Positions 39,145 through 48,683 of a stretch of 64,000 nucleotides of DNA are shown here, one piece after another. The stretch comes from Anaerolineae bacterium (GTDB taxonomy: Bacteria > Chloroflexota > Anaerolineae > S140-20), in the NCBI GenBank assembly GCA_027021705.1, contig JALUTT010000117.1, forward strand, positions 1 to 64,000, in the 5' to 3' direction. A program made the position numbers and the translations under genes. The first letter of the stretch is position 1, and every line of letters starts with the position of its first letter. The notes beneath the pieces were generated by a model. It was not told the DNA's origin and did not search any database. It was given only the letters and a program-made list of their open reading frames with translations.

Positions 39145-40341
39145 ATGGGGAAGCTCTGGCAAGTCGCCCGCTACGAGTACCAACGCCACGTCCGGCGCCG
39201 GGGGTTCCTCTTCACCACCTTTGGGATGCCGCTGCTCATCATCGCCATCGGGGTCATCAGCACGCTGGTGGCCGAGCGGGGAAGCAACAAGCCCCTGGGA
39301 TATGTGGATCGGGCTGGTGTTCTGAGAGCCCCTCTCCTCCCGCCCCAAGAGGACGAGGATGCCGTCCCCCTCATCGCCTTCGACGACGAAGCCGCCGCCC
39401 GAAGCGCCCTGGAGGCCGGCCAGATCCAGGGGTACTACCTGCTGCCGGAAGACTACCTGAAGGAGGGACGCGGAACGCTCTACTACTGGAACGATCCCCC
39501 CGATGAGGATACGCAGGACTACTTTGAGAGGGTATTGCGCCTCAACCTAATGCGAGGCCTCCCCCCCGACGTGGCGCAGCGCCTGGCCGAGGGACCGGAG
39601 ATGATCATCCGCTCCCCCGACGGGCAGCGGGAGGCCAGCAAGGAAGGCTTCCTCAACCTGATGATGCCTTACTTCGTCGGCATCCTCTTCATGATCGCCA
39701 TCCAGATGTCGGCCGGCTACTTGCTCCAGGCCGTCGTCGAGGAGAAAGAGAACCGGACCATGGAACTGATCCTCACCTCGATCACCCCTCGCCAGTTCAT
39801 CGGCGGCAAGGTGATCGGGCTGGTCGGGGTGGGGCTGACCCAGATCGCCCTCTGGTCCCTAGGGGGCATCATCGCCGTGCGCATCGCCCGCGAGCGCTGG
39901 GCGTTGGTGGCGGCCATCACCTTCCCCTGGGATTTCGCCCTGGTCGCCCTGGTCCTCTTCCTGCCGGCCTACGTGATGCTGGCCGGTCTGATGACGGGCA
40001 TCGGGGCCGCCGTCACCGAACTGCGGGAGGCTCAGCAGATGGCCGGCCTCTTCAACCTGCTCTTGGCCGCTCCCTATTTCGTCGTCCCCGTTCTCTTCCA
40101 GCATCCTAACGGCCTACTGGCCCTGGCCCTCACCCTCTTTCCGCTCACGGCCCCGGTGACGATGAGCATCCGCTGGTCGTTGACCCTCGTGCCCCTTTGG
40201 CAGGTGGGGGTCAGTGCCCTGCTGCTCCTCCTTTCCGCCTGGCTTTCCGTGATCGCGGCCGCCCGTCTCTTCCGGGCCGGCATGCTCCGCTACGGTCGGC
40301 GCCTTTCCCTGCGGGGTATGTGGCAGGCCCTACGCAGCTAA
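39145..40341 (+). CDS. ABC-2 transporter permease (NatB/YhaP-like)
   Basis: EEKENRTMELIL, GKVIG, multiple TM helices. Confidence 0.9.
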   Translation: MGKLWQVARYEYQRHVRRRGFLFTTFGMPLLIIAIGVISTLVAERGSNKPLGYVDRAGVLRAPLLPPQEDEDAVPLIAFDDEAAARSALEAGQIQGYYLLPEDYLKEGRGTLYYWNDPPDEDTQDYFERVLRLNLMRGLPPDVAQRLAEGPEMIIRSPDGQREASKEGFLNLMMPYFVGILFMIAIQMSAGYLLQAVVEEKENRTMELILTSITPRQFIGGKVIGLVGVGLTQIALWSLGGIIAVRIARERWALVAAITFPWDFALVALVLFLPAYVMLAGLMTGIGAAVTELREAQQMAGLFNLLLAAPYFVVPVLFQHPNGLLALALTLFPLTAPVTMSIRWSLTLVPLWQVGVSALLLLLSAWLSVIAAARLFRAGMLRYGRRLSLRGMWQALRS

Positions 40342-40397
40342 CCCTTGCAATTTGCAATTTGCAATTTGCAATTTACAATTTATACCCGGAGGCCCCT

Positions 40398-41621
40398 ATG
40401 CCCAAGACCCTCCGAATCGCCCAGCACGAACTGCTCATCCTTCTGGCAAGGCGTTCCTTCATCCTCCTCACCGTGGGCGTCCCGCTGGTCGCCGCAGCTC
40501 TGCTCTTCGGTGTCCGCCTCCTGACCGGCGGTGAGAAGAACACGGTGGGAGGAGTGTTCCCCTCACCTCTGCCCGAGCAGCCCATCGGGTTCGTGGATCA
40601 GGCCGGGATCATTCAGACGGTGCCCTCGACCCTGCCCCCCGCCTTCCTCCAGCCCTTGGAGACCCAGGAGGAAGCGGCAGCGGCCTTAGAGAGGGGCGAG
40701 ATCAGCGGCTACTACCTCATCCCCCCCGATTTCCTGGAAAGTGGCCGCCTCGTCTTCGTCAACCCCGAGTTCAATCCCTTCTCCGGCGAGGTGGTGAGCT
40801 GGGCGATGGAATACCTGATCGCCGCCAACCTGGTGGGGGATGAGAAGCTGGCCGCCCGCATCCAGCGTCCCCTGATCGCCGAGCAGGTCTCTCTGGCCCC
40901 CCAGGGTGGACGGGATACCAGCAGTCCTCTCGCCTTCATCGTGCCCTATGCCACCGTCTTCCTGTTCTTCTTCACCCTGACGATGAGCTCGAGCTACCTG
41001 TTGCAGAGCGTCTCCCGAGAGAAGGAAAGCCGCATCATCGAGGTCCTGCTCTCCTCGGTCACCCCCCGGCAGATGCTGATGGGCAAGGTGATGGGGCTGG
41101 GGGTGGCGGGCCTTCTCCAGACGGCCCTCTGGCTGGCGAGCGGCCTGTGGCTGCTGCGGACCAGCAGCCAGCTCTTTCGGATGCTCGGCCTCTTTCACCT
41201 GCCCTCGGGCTTTGTGGTCTGGGGGCTGCTCTACTTCGCCCTGGGATACGCCCTCTATGCCAGCCTGATGGCCGGCGTGGGCGCTCTGGCCCCTCGCCTG
41301 CGAGAGGCCTCCCAACTCACCTTCTTCGTCCTGCTGCCGCTGATGATCCCTCTCTGGCTGATGGCGGCGCTGATCGAGCGCCCCCACAGCACCCTCTCCG
41401 TGGTCCTCAGCCTCATCCCCTTCACCGCGCCGGTCGCGATGATGACCCGGCTGGCGGCGGGAGGGGTTCCCTGGTGGCAGCCAGCGTTGGGGCTCCTGTT
41501 GCTGGCCGTGACCACCCCTTTTGTCATCGCCCTGGCGGCCCGCCTCTTCCGGGCCCAGACCCTCCTCTCCGGCGCGGCCATCACCCCCCGACGGGTGTGG
41601 GAAGCCCTGCGCGGCGAGTAG
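40398..41621 (+). CDS. ABC-2 transporter permease, second paralog
   Basis: EKESRIIEVLLSS, GKVMG, multiple TM helices; GGAGG RBS. Confidence 0.9.
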   Translation: MPKTLRIAQHELLILLARRSFILLTVGVPLVAAALLFGVRLLTGGEKNTVGGVFPSPLPEQPIGFVDQAGIIQTVPSTLPPAFLQPLETQEEAAAALERGEISGYYLIPPDFLESGRLVFVNPEFNPFSGEVVSWAMEYLIAANLVGDEKLAARIQRPLIAEQVSLAPQGGRDTSSPLAFIVPYATVFLFFFTLTMSSSYLLQSVSREKESRIIEVLLSSVTPRQMLMGKVMGLGVAGLLQTALWLASGLWLLRTSSQLFRMLGLFHLPSGFVVWGLLYFALGYALYASLMAGVGALAPRLREASQLTFFVLLPLMIPLWLMAALIERPHSTLSVVLSLIPFTAPVAMMTRLAAGGVPWWQPALGLLLLAVTTPFVIALAARLFRAQTLLSGAAITPRRVWEALRGE

Positions 41622-41638
41622 GATTTTCCTAAACCCCC

Positions 41639-41687
41639 TTGACTTTTTTCCTCAATTGTGTTATCCTGCAATTGCGAATCAGTTGCA
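41639..41687 (+). promoter_or_regulatory. Promoter with overlapping 21-bp palindrome (candidate Fur-family operator)
   Basis: TTGACT-17-TATCCT (TG extended); TGCAATTG-CGAAT-CAGTTGCA at 41667-41687. Confidence 0.6.
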
Positions 41688-41722
41688 TTAAGGGCCAGGG
41701 AGAGCAAGGCAGGAGTGATCGG

Positions 41723-42202
41723 ATGTCGCCTTCAGAAGAGCGCGTTGCCCGTGCCGAGGCCCTGCTCCGCGAGCAAGGCAAGCGCATCACCCCTCAGCGG
41801 CGCTTGCTTTTGCGCATCATCGAGGAGAGCCACGAACACCTCGATGCGGAGCAGATCTACCTGCGGGCCAAGCGGGAGAACCCTCGCCTGAGCCTATCCA
41901 CGGTCTACCGGACCCTGGCGGTGTTGAAGGAAGCTGGCCTGGTGGAACAGCGCTACTTCGCGCGGGACCATCAGCGGGAGTACTTCGAGTCCCCCAGAAT
42001 GCCGGAGCACTACCACTTCACCTGCATCGGGTGCGGTCGCGTCATTGAGTTCGAGACGCCACGAATGCAGCAGTTGAAGCTGGAGCTCCAGGAGAACCAA
42101 GCGGTGCAGGTCACCCACGCCTGCGTCTGCCTGGAGGGGTATTGCGCCGACTGTCTCGCCCAGGGACGTAAAGGCAAGCGTATCCAACTGACACAACAGT
42201 AG
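41723..42202 (+). CDS. Fur-family transcriptional regulator
   Basis: RITPQR, HLDAEQIY, SLSTVYRTL, HYHFTCIGCG, GYCADC. Confidence 0.92.
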   Translation: MSPSEERVARAEALLREQGKRITPQRRLLLRIIEESHEHLDAEQIYLRAKRENPRLSLSTVYRTLAVLKEAGLVEQRYFARDHQREYFESPRMPEHYHFTCIGCGRVIEFETPRMQQLKLELQENQAVQVTHACVCLEGYCADCLAQGRKGKRIQLTQQ

Positions 42203-42204
42203 CC

Positions 42205-42252
42205 GCCCTCCCGCCGGGCACGCGGTGCCCTGGGGGAAACCTGCGGGAGGGT
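42205..42252 (+). mobile_element. Internally deleted type B element (48 bp)
   Basis: GCCCTCCCGC..CACGCGGTGCCC joined directly to TGGGGGAAACCTGCGGGAGGGT. Confidence 0.65.
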
Positions 42253-42276
42253 CCCTGAGAACAAGGAGGAAATCGC

Positions 42277-43104
42277 GTGGTAGCATCTCTGTTGATCACG
42301 TTGCGGGAAGGGCTGGAGGCCGCCCTGATCATCGGCATCGTGCTGGGCGTATTGCGCAAGCTGGGCCACGCCGACCGCAGCCGGTGGGTCTGGGGCGGCG
42401 TGGTGAGCGCCCTGGTCGTCAGCATCGCCGTCGGATTGGCCCTGAATAGGCTGGGAGTCGCCTTTGAAGGACGAAGCGAGGCGGCCTTCGAGGGGGTCAC
42501 GATGCTGCTGGCCGCCGGCGTGCTAACCTGGATGATCTTCTGGATGCAGCGGCAGGGCCGGCGCGTCCAGATGGATCTGGAACGGGATGTACGCCGGGCC
42601 GCCACCGTCGGCAGCGTCTGGGCCCTTTTCAGCCTCGCCTTCGTGGCCGTGGTGCGGGAGGGGATCGAGACGGCCCTCTTCCTCACGGCGGCCGCCTTTA
42701 GCGCCACCCCCCTCCAGACCCTGATCGGCGGCCTTCTGGGACTGGCACTGGCCGCCACGCTGGGCTGGCTGATCTTCGCCATGGGGAAGCGGCTGGACAT
42801 CCGGGCCTTCTTCCGCGTGACGGGTGTGCTCCTGATCCTCTTCGCCGCCGGGTTGGTGGCCTACGGTGTGCACGAACTCCAGGAAGCGGCGATCCTGCCT
42901 ACCTTCGTCGAGCACGTCTGGGACACCAACGCCATCCTTGACGAGAAGAGCCCCCTGGGAACCTTCCTCAAGGCGCTCTTCGGCTACAACGGCAACCCCT
43001 CGCTGCTGGAAGTGCTCGCCTACAGCGTCTACTTTATCGTCGTCGCCATCGTCAGCCTCCGTCAGGGACGGGTGACAAGCGCCGTCGCCAACGTGAACCC
43101 CTAG
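42277..43104 (+). CDS. FTR1/EfeU iron permease
   Basis: Two REGxE motifs (REGLEA, REGIET), HELQEA. Confidence 0.93.
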   Translation: MVASLLITLREGLEAALIIGIVLGVLRKLGHADRSRWVWGGVVSALVVSIAVGLALNRLGVAFEGRSEAAFEGVTMLLAAGVLTWMIFWMQRQGRRVQMDLERDVRRAATVGSVWALFSLAFVAVVREGIETALFLTAAAFSATPLQTLIGGLLGLALAATLGWLIFAMGKRLDIRAFFRVTGVLLILFAAGLVAYGVHELQEAAILPTFVEHVWDTNAILDEKSPLGTFLKALFGYNGNPSLLEVLAYSVYFIVVAIVSLRQGRVTSAVANVNP

Positions 43105-43215
43105 CCCCAGTCTAGGAGTGCCTCGCTCCTCGATGCTTCCACGGCGCTTCGGGCCGATCCACCATCTGTCCGGTCTATTGGACCACGGACCGGCAAGGGA
43201 GGGAAGAAAGCTGAT

Positions 43216-44295
43216 ATGACCCCCAGAAAACGTCCCTCTCGCCTGATCTTCCTGGCCCCGGGGATGCTGGCGCTGCTGGCCGCCCTGTGGGCCGGACTGG
43301 TGCGTCTGGGGTGGCCGTGGCCCCCCCTGCGTCCCACCCTGCCCCTCGCCCACGGTCCCCTGATGGTCGCCGGCTTCCTGGGCACGCTCATCAGCCTGGA
43401 GCGGGCCGTTGCCCTGGGGCAGCGCTGGACCTACGCGGCCCCTCTCCTCTCCGGGCTGGGAGCGCTGGTGCTGCTCTTTGGGCCGCCGGGAACGCCGGGG
43501 CCCCTGCTGATGGTCCTGGGCAGCGGTGGGCTGGTGATCATCTCCGCCTTCATCGTGTATCGCCAGCCAGCCCTCTTCACGGCCACGATGGGGCTAGGAG
43601 CAGTGGCCTGGCTGGTGGGCAACGGGCTGTGGCTGCTCGGCTTTCCCCTCGCCAGGGCCACACCGTGGTGGGGAGGCTTCCTGGTCCTGACCATCGTGGG
43701 GGAGCGGCTGGAGTTGAGCCGGTTGCTGCGGCCTTCCCGGGCCGCGCACACCGCCTTCCTCCTCGCCACAGGGCTCTTCCTGGCCGGGCTGGTGAGCTCG
43801 GTTCCGCTCCCCGGGGTGGGCATCCGCCTGGCTGGCGTGGGCATGGTCCTCCTGACACTGTGGCTGCTGCGCTACGACATCGCCCGGCGCACCGTGCGCC
43901 AGACCGGACTGCCCCGCTTCATCGCCATCTGCCTGCTCTCCGGCTACGTCTGGCTGGGGGTCAGCGGCCTCCTGGCCATCGCCTTTGGCGACGTCCCGGC
44001 CGGCCCCCGTTACGACGCGATGCTGCACGCCCTCTTCTTGGGCTTCGTCTTCGCCATGATCTTCGGCCACGCTCCCATCATCTTCCCGGCGGTCCTGGGG
44101 CTGCCCATCACCTTCCGCCCCACCTTCTACGTCCACCTGGGCCTGCTGCACCTCTCGCTGCTCCTGCGGGTGGCGGGGGATCTGATGGGCTGGCTGCCGG
44201 GACGCCAGTGGGGAGGGCTGCTGAACGCCGTTGCGGTGCTGCTCTTCCTGGCCCAGACAGCCAGGTCCCTGGCAAAACAGGGGAGGGTGCGGTGA
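43216..44295 (+). CDS. Polytopic membrane protein (NnrS-like/heme-copper-associated hypothetical)
   Basis: HGPLMV.GFLGTLISLERA, ERLELSR, HALFLGFVFAMIFGHAP; about 12 TM. Confidence 0.7.
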   Translation: MTPRKRPSRLIFLAPGMLALLAALWAGLVRLGWPWPPLRPTLPLAHGPLMVAGFLGTLISLERAVALGQRWTYAAPLLSGLGALVLLFGPPGTPGPLLMVLGSGGLVIISAFIVYRQPALFTATMGLGAVAWLVGNGLWLLGFPLARATPWWGGFLVLTIVGERLELSRLLRPSRAAHTAFLLATGLFLAGLVSSVPLPGVGIRLAGVGMVLLTLWLLRYDIARRTVRQTGLPRFIAICLLSGYVWLGVSGLLAIAFGDVPAGPRYDAMLHALFLGFVFAMIFGHAPIIFPAVLGLPITFRPTFYVHLGLLHLSLLLRVAGDLMGWLPGRQWGGLLNAVAVLLFLAQTARSLAKQGRVR

Positions 44296-44428
44296 TTACC
44301 CACAAGTGAGCGAGAGAGGGGTCCGTAGCAGGCCGTCCACGAATTTCTCACAAATGCACGAATGAGGCGGTCCTCAACTCGTGTATTCGTGCCCCACTCG
44401 TGGATGGCTAGTCTCCCCATCTTCACCG
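44290..44428 (+). mobile_element. Type D element copy 2 (right end partly deleted)
   Basis: Near-identical to 16427 onward; supplies the TGA stop of the upstream gene. Confidence 0.8.
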
Positions 44429-44453
44429 GATGGGAGTGATTGTTCCGGGTGAC

Positions 44454-44481
44454 TTGACAAATTGGGGAAGCGGTGTATAAT
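44454..44481 (+). promoter_or_regulatory. sigma70 promoter of the ilv-leu operon
   Basis: TTGACA-16nt-TATAAT. Confidence 0.75.
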
Positions 44482-44494
44482 TCTTCGCCAACCA

Positions 44495-44611
44495 GTAGCT
44501 GTTCACTCTCCCGCAGGTTAGGCGCGTTTCCGACGCGAAACCGTGCTTCCAATAGCCTATTGGGGCTGAAAGCGCCCTCGACCGGTGACCCGCGGGAGGG
44601 TAGACTGAATA
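44495..44611 (+). mobile_element. Type A element copy 3, in the ilv 5' leader
   Basis: Core 44505-44601 matches the other A copies. Confidence 0.85.
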
Positions 44612-44632
44612 CAAATTGGGGAGATGCACCGA

Positions 44633-44710
44633 ATGACGATGGCAACCCCTTCCACCCTGTTGATTAGCCTGCCCAGCCTGCTCCTTACCCTCATTGGGAA
44701 GGAGCCATGA
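44633..44710 (+). CDS. ilv-leu leader peptide 1 (MTMATPSTLLISLPSLLLTLIGKEP)
   Basis: GGAG at 44620-44623; 7 Leu + 2 Ile in 25 aa; followed by mutually exclusive hairpins. Confidence 0.7.
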   Translation: MTMATPSTLLISLPSLLLTLIGKEP

Positions 44711-44757
44711 CCCGTTGGGCAGGAAGGGTTTGCCTTCTCACACCTTATCGCAAACCA

Positions 44758-44790
44758 GGGCCGCCCAACGGGGCGGCCCATATCGTTTCC
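44758..44790 (+). terminator. Attenuator hairpin 1
   Basis: GGGCCGCCC-AACG-GGGCGGCCC, weak U tract; competed by CCCGTTGGGC (44711-44720). Confidence 0.6.
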
Positions 44791-44797
44791 AGACCCA

Positions 44798-44884
44798 TTG
44801 ACTCGCTGACTCGCCGACTCGTTGACTCGCCGGCTCGCTGACTCGCCGGCTCGCTGACTCGTTGACTCGCTGACTCGTTGACTT
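44798..44884. repeat. Octamer microsatellite (GACTCG(C/T)(T/C))n between the two attenuators
   Basis: About 10 degenerate 8-nt units. Confidence 0.85.
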
Positions 44885-44897
44885 CTCCCATCGAACC

Positions 44898-45038
44898 ATG
44901 TCGTCCTGGAATCGCCCACCTCAACCCATAACCCGTTCCACCCAGCAGGCGCTGGCCCTGCTCATCCTGGTCCTTATCGGGCTCCTGATTCTTCAGGAGC
45001 TATCAGCGGTTGGGTCGGCGCCGGCCAGGCCGGGGTGA
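44898..45038 (+). CDS. ilv-leu leader peptide 2 (46 aa, ...ALALLILVLIGLLILQELSAV...)
   Basis: 9 Leu, 4 Ile, 2 Val; nucleotide homology to leader 1; no clear SD. Confidence 0.6.
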   Translation: MSSWNRPPQPITRSTQQALALLILVLIGLLILQELSAVGSAPARPG

Positions 45039-45064
45039 GGGGAGACGACCAACTCCAGGTAGAC

Positions 45065-45088
45065 GCCGCCCAACCGGGCGGCTTTTTT
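45065..45088 (+). terminator. Attenuator terminator 2
   Basis: GCCGCCC-AACC-GGGCGGC-TTTTTT; competed by CGGTTGGGTCGGCG (45007-45020). Confidence 0.8.
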
Positions 45089-45144
45089 GTTACCCTGTGC
45101 TGGGTGTTGTGCCAGGTATGAGTCCCGTGCCCAAGGAGGAAGAC

Positions 45145-46848
45145 ATGAGACGAACAGGCGCACAGATAGTCTGGGAAATGCTCAAGTACGAAGGCGTGGA
45201 CGTGGTCTTCGGCCATCCTGGAGGGGCCATCCTCTCTACCTACCAGGCCCGCCAGGAGTACGGCATCCGCCACATCCTCGTCCGTCACGAACAGGCGGCC
45301 GCCCACGCCGCCGACGGCTACGCCCGCGCTTCGGGCCGCGTCGGCGTGGCGATGGCGACCTCTGGCCCCGGTGCGACCAACCTGGTCACCGGCATCGCCA
45401 CGGCGATGATGGACTCGGTGCCCATCGTCTGCATCACCGGCCAGGTCCCCACCTCCCTCATCGGCTCCGACGCCTTCCAGGAGACGGACATCACCGGGAT
45501 CACGCTGCCTATCACCAAACACAACTACCTGGTGACCGACGTGGCCGACCTGGCCTACGCCATCCACGAAGCCTTCTACATCGCCCGCAGCGGCCGGCCC
45601 GGCCCCGTCCTCATTGACCTGCCCAAGGACGTGCAGACGGCGGAGACCGACTTCGTGCCGCCGGAGGGGGAGGTCCGGCTGCCCGGCTACCGGCCCGTCG
45701 GGCCGGGCGACCCGGAGGCGGTGCGGCGAGCGGCCGAACTGATCAACGCGGCCCAGCGCCCCGTCATCCTGGCCGGCCACGGCATCCTGATGTCCGGGGC
45801 GATGGAGGCGCTGCGGGCCTTCGCCGAGAAGACGGACACCCCTGTCGCTCTCACCCTCCTGGGCAAAGGGGCTTTCCCCGAATCCCATCCCCTCTCCCTG
45901 GGGATGATGGGGATGCACGGCGAGGCTTACGTGAACATGGCCATCCAGGAGGCCGACCTGCTCCTGGCCTTCGGGATGCGCTTCGACGACCGGGTGACGG
46001 GCAAACTGGAGGCCTACGCCCCCAAATCCCGCAAGGTTCACGTGGACATTGACGCCGCCGAACTGAACAAGAACGTGCCGGTGGATGTGGCCATCCTGGG
46101 CGACGTGCGGCAGGTGTTGGAGCAACTTCTCCCCCTGGTCGAGCCGGCCTCCCATCAGGCCTGGCGGGAGGAGATCGAGGGTTGGCGGGCCGACACCCGC
46201 GCCCGGGACATCCTGAACCGGCCCGAGAACGGGCGGCTCCTGGCCCCCCACGTCATCCGCGCCATCTGGGAGGCGACCGAGGGGAAGGCCATCGTTGTCA
46301 CCGATGTCGGTCAGCACCAGATGTGGACGGCTCAGTACTACGCCCTCGACTGGGCCTACCCCTTCATCACCTCCGGCGGGTTGGGGACGATGGGCTTCGG
46401 GCTGCCGGCCGCCATCGGCGCTCAGATCGCCCGCCCCGACCACGAGGTCTGGGCCATCCTGGGTGACGGCGGCTTCCAGATGACGCTCCAGGAGCTGGCG
46501 ACCGTCTTCCAGGAGAAGCTCCCCATCCGCATCGCCCTCATCAACAACAGCTACCTGGGGATGGTCCGCCAGTGGCAGGAGCTCTTCTTCGACCGGCGCT
46601 ACGAGTCCACCCACCTGCTCAACCCCGACTTCGTCCGGCTGGCCGAGGCCTACGGCATCCGCGCCTGGCGAGCGACCTGCCGCGACGAGGCTCAGCAGAT
46701 CATCGCCGAGGCCCGCCGTCACGAGGGGCCGGTCCTCCTGGAGTTCCAGGTGGCCGAGGAGGGCGAGGAGGGGACCGTCTACCCGATGGTGCCGGCCGGT
46801 GCCGCCCTTCACGAGATGCTTCGACGGCCTGTGGTGCAGAGCTCGTAG
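45145..46848 (+). CDS. ilvB: Acetolactate synthase large subunit
   Basis: RHEQAAAHAADGYAR, TSGPGATN, TDVGQHQMW, GDGGFQM; AGGAGG RBS. Confidence 0.97.
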   Translation: MRRTGAQIVWEMLKYEGVDVVFGHPGGAILSTYQARQEYGIRHILVRHEQAAAHAADGYARASGRVGVAMATSGPGATNLVTGIATAMMDSVPIVCITGQVPTSLIGSDAFQETDITGITLPITKHNYLVTDVADLAYAIHEAFYIARSGRPGPVLIDLPKDVQTAETDFVPPEGEVRLPGYRPVGPGDPEAVRRAAELINAAQRPVILAGHGILMSGAMEALRAFAEKTDTPVALTLLGKGAFPESHPLSLGMMGMHGEAYVNMAIQEADLLLAFGMRFDDRVTGKLEAYAPKSRKVHVDIDAAELNKNVPVDVAILGDVRQVLEQLLPLVEPASHQAWREEIEGWRADTRARDILNRPENGRLLAPHVIRAIWEATEGKAIVVTDVGQHQMWTAQYYALDWAYPFITSGGLGTMGFGLPAAIGAQIARPDHEVWAILGDGGFQMTLQELATVFQEKLPIRIALINNSYLGMVRQWQELFFDRRYESTHLLNPDFVRLAEAYGIRAWRATCRDEAQQIIAEARRHEGPVLLEFQVAEEGEEGTVYPMVPAGAALHEMLRRPVVQSS

Positions 46849-46948
46849 AAGCCCCCTCCGTCCCCTCACGCTCCGGCGTGGGAACGGGAAGGGTCCCCGA
46901 AGAACAGATTGGAAGTGTTGGAAGAACGGACTGGTGGAGGAAAGCACG

Positions 46949-47428
46949 ATGGAACGCACACTGATCGCCCTCGTCGAAGACAAGCCCGGCGTGTTGAACC
47001 GGGTCGCCAGCCTCTTCCGGCGGCGAGCCTTCAACATCGAGAGCCTCACCGTCGGCCACACCGAACAGCCCGGCATCTCTCGAATGACCATCGTCGTGGA
47101 CAGCAACCGCACCGATGCCCAGAAGGTGGCCCAGAACCTCTACAAGCTGGTCAACGTCATCCACGTCGAAGACGTCACCGAGCGACCGGCGGTGATGCGC
47201 GACTTAGCCCTCATCAAGGTCCGGGCCAACGGCCAGACCCGCGCCGAGGTGCTCCAGATCGTCGAGACCTTCCGGGCGCGGGTGGTGGACGTCGCCCTGG
47301 ACACGCTGATGATCGAGGTGACGGGCACCGAGGAGAAAGTCAATGGCCTGGTGGAGGTGCTCCGCCCCTTCGGCATCGTCGAAATGGTGCGCACGGGACG
47401 GGTGGCGATGCTTCGCGGCACCGCCTAG
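46949..47428 (+). CDS. ilvN: Acetolactate synthase small subunit
   Basis: VEDKPGVLNRVASLFRRRAFNIESL, EMVRTG. Confidence 0.96.
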   Translation: MERTLIALVEDKPGVLNRVASLFRRRAFNIESLTVGHTEQPGISRMTIVVDSNRTDAQKVAQNLYKLVNVIHVEDVTERPAVMRDLALIKVRANGQTRAEVLQIVETFRARVVDVALDTLMIEVTGTEEKVNGLVEVLRPFGIVEMVRTGRVAMLRGTA

Positions 47429-47533
47429 CCCCCGCCCCTTGTCCCTTGCACCTTGTCCCTTGTGACTTGCGACCTGTCCCTTGCGACTTGCACCTTGCAC
47501 CTTGCACCCTACACCTTGCCACCGAGGAGAACG

Positions 47534-48532
<999 letters not shown>

Positions 48533-48550
48533 CCATTTGCAATTCGCAAT

Positions 48551-48665
48551 GTACCGTTCACCCTCCCGCAGGTTAGGCGCGTTTCCGACGCGAAACCGTG
48601 CTTCAAATAGTCCACCGGGGCTGAAAGCGCCCTCGACCGGTGACCTGCGGGAGGGTAGGCTGAAT
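48551..48665 (+). mobile_element. Type A element copy 4 (between ilvC and leuA)
   Basis: Core 48560-48656. Confidence 0.85.
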
Positions 48666-48683
48666 TTGAGGGAGGTGATCCCC

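Noticed and set aside
44620..45100. T-box riboswitch upstream of ilvB
   Set aside because: No AAnnnGGGTGGnACC(G/A)CG T-box motif; the leader-peptide model explains the pairings.
48537..48683. N-terminal extension of LeuA and similar peptides ([12 protein letters not shown]...) in other ORFs
   Set aside because: Read-through translations of the type A element; the real start follows the RBS at 48684.
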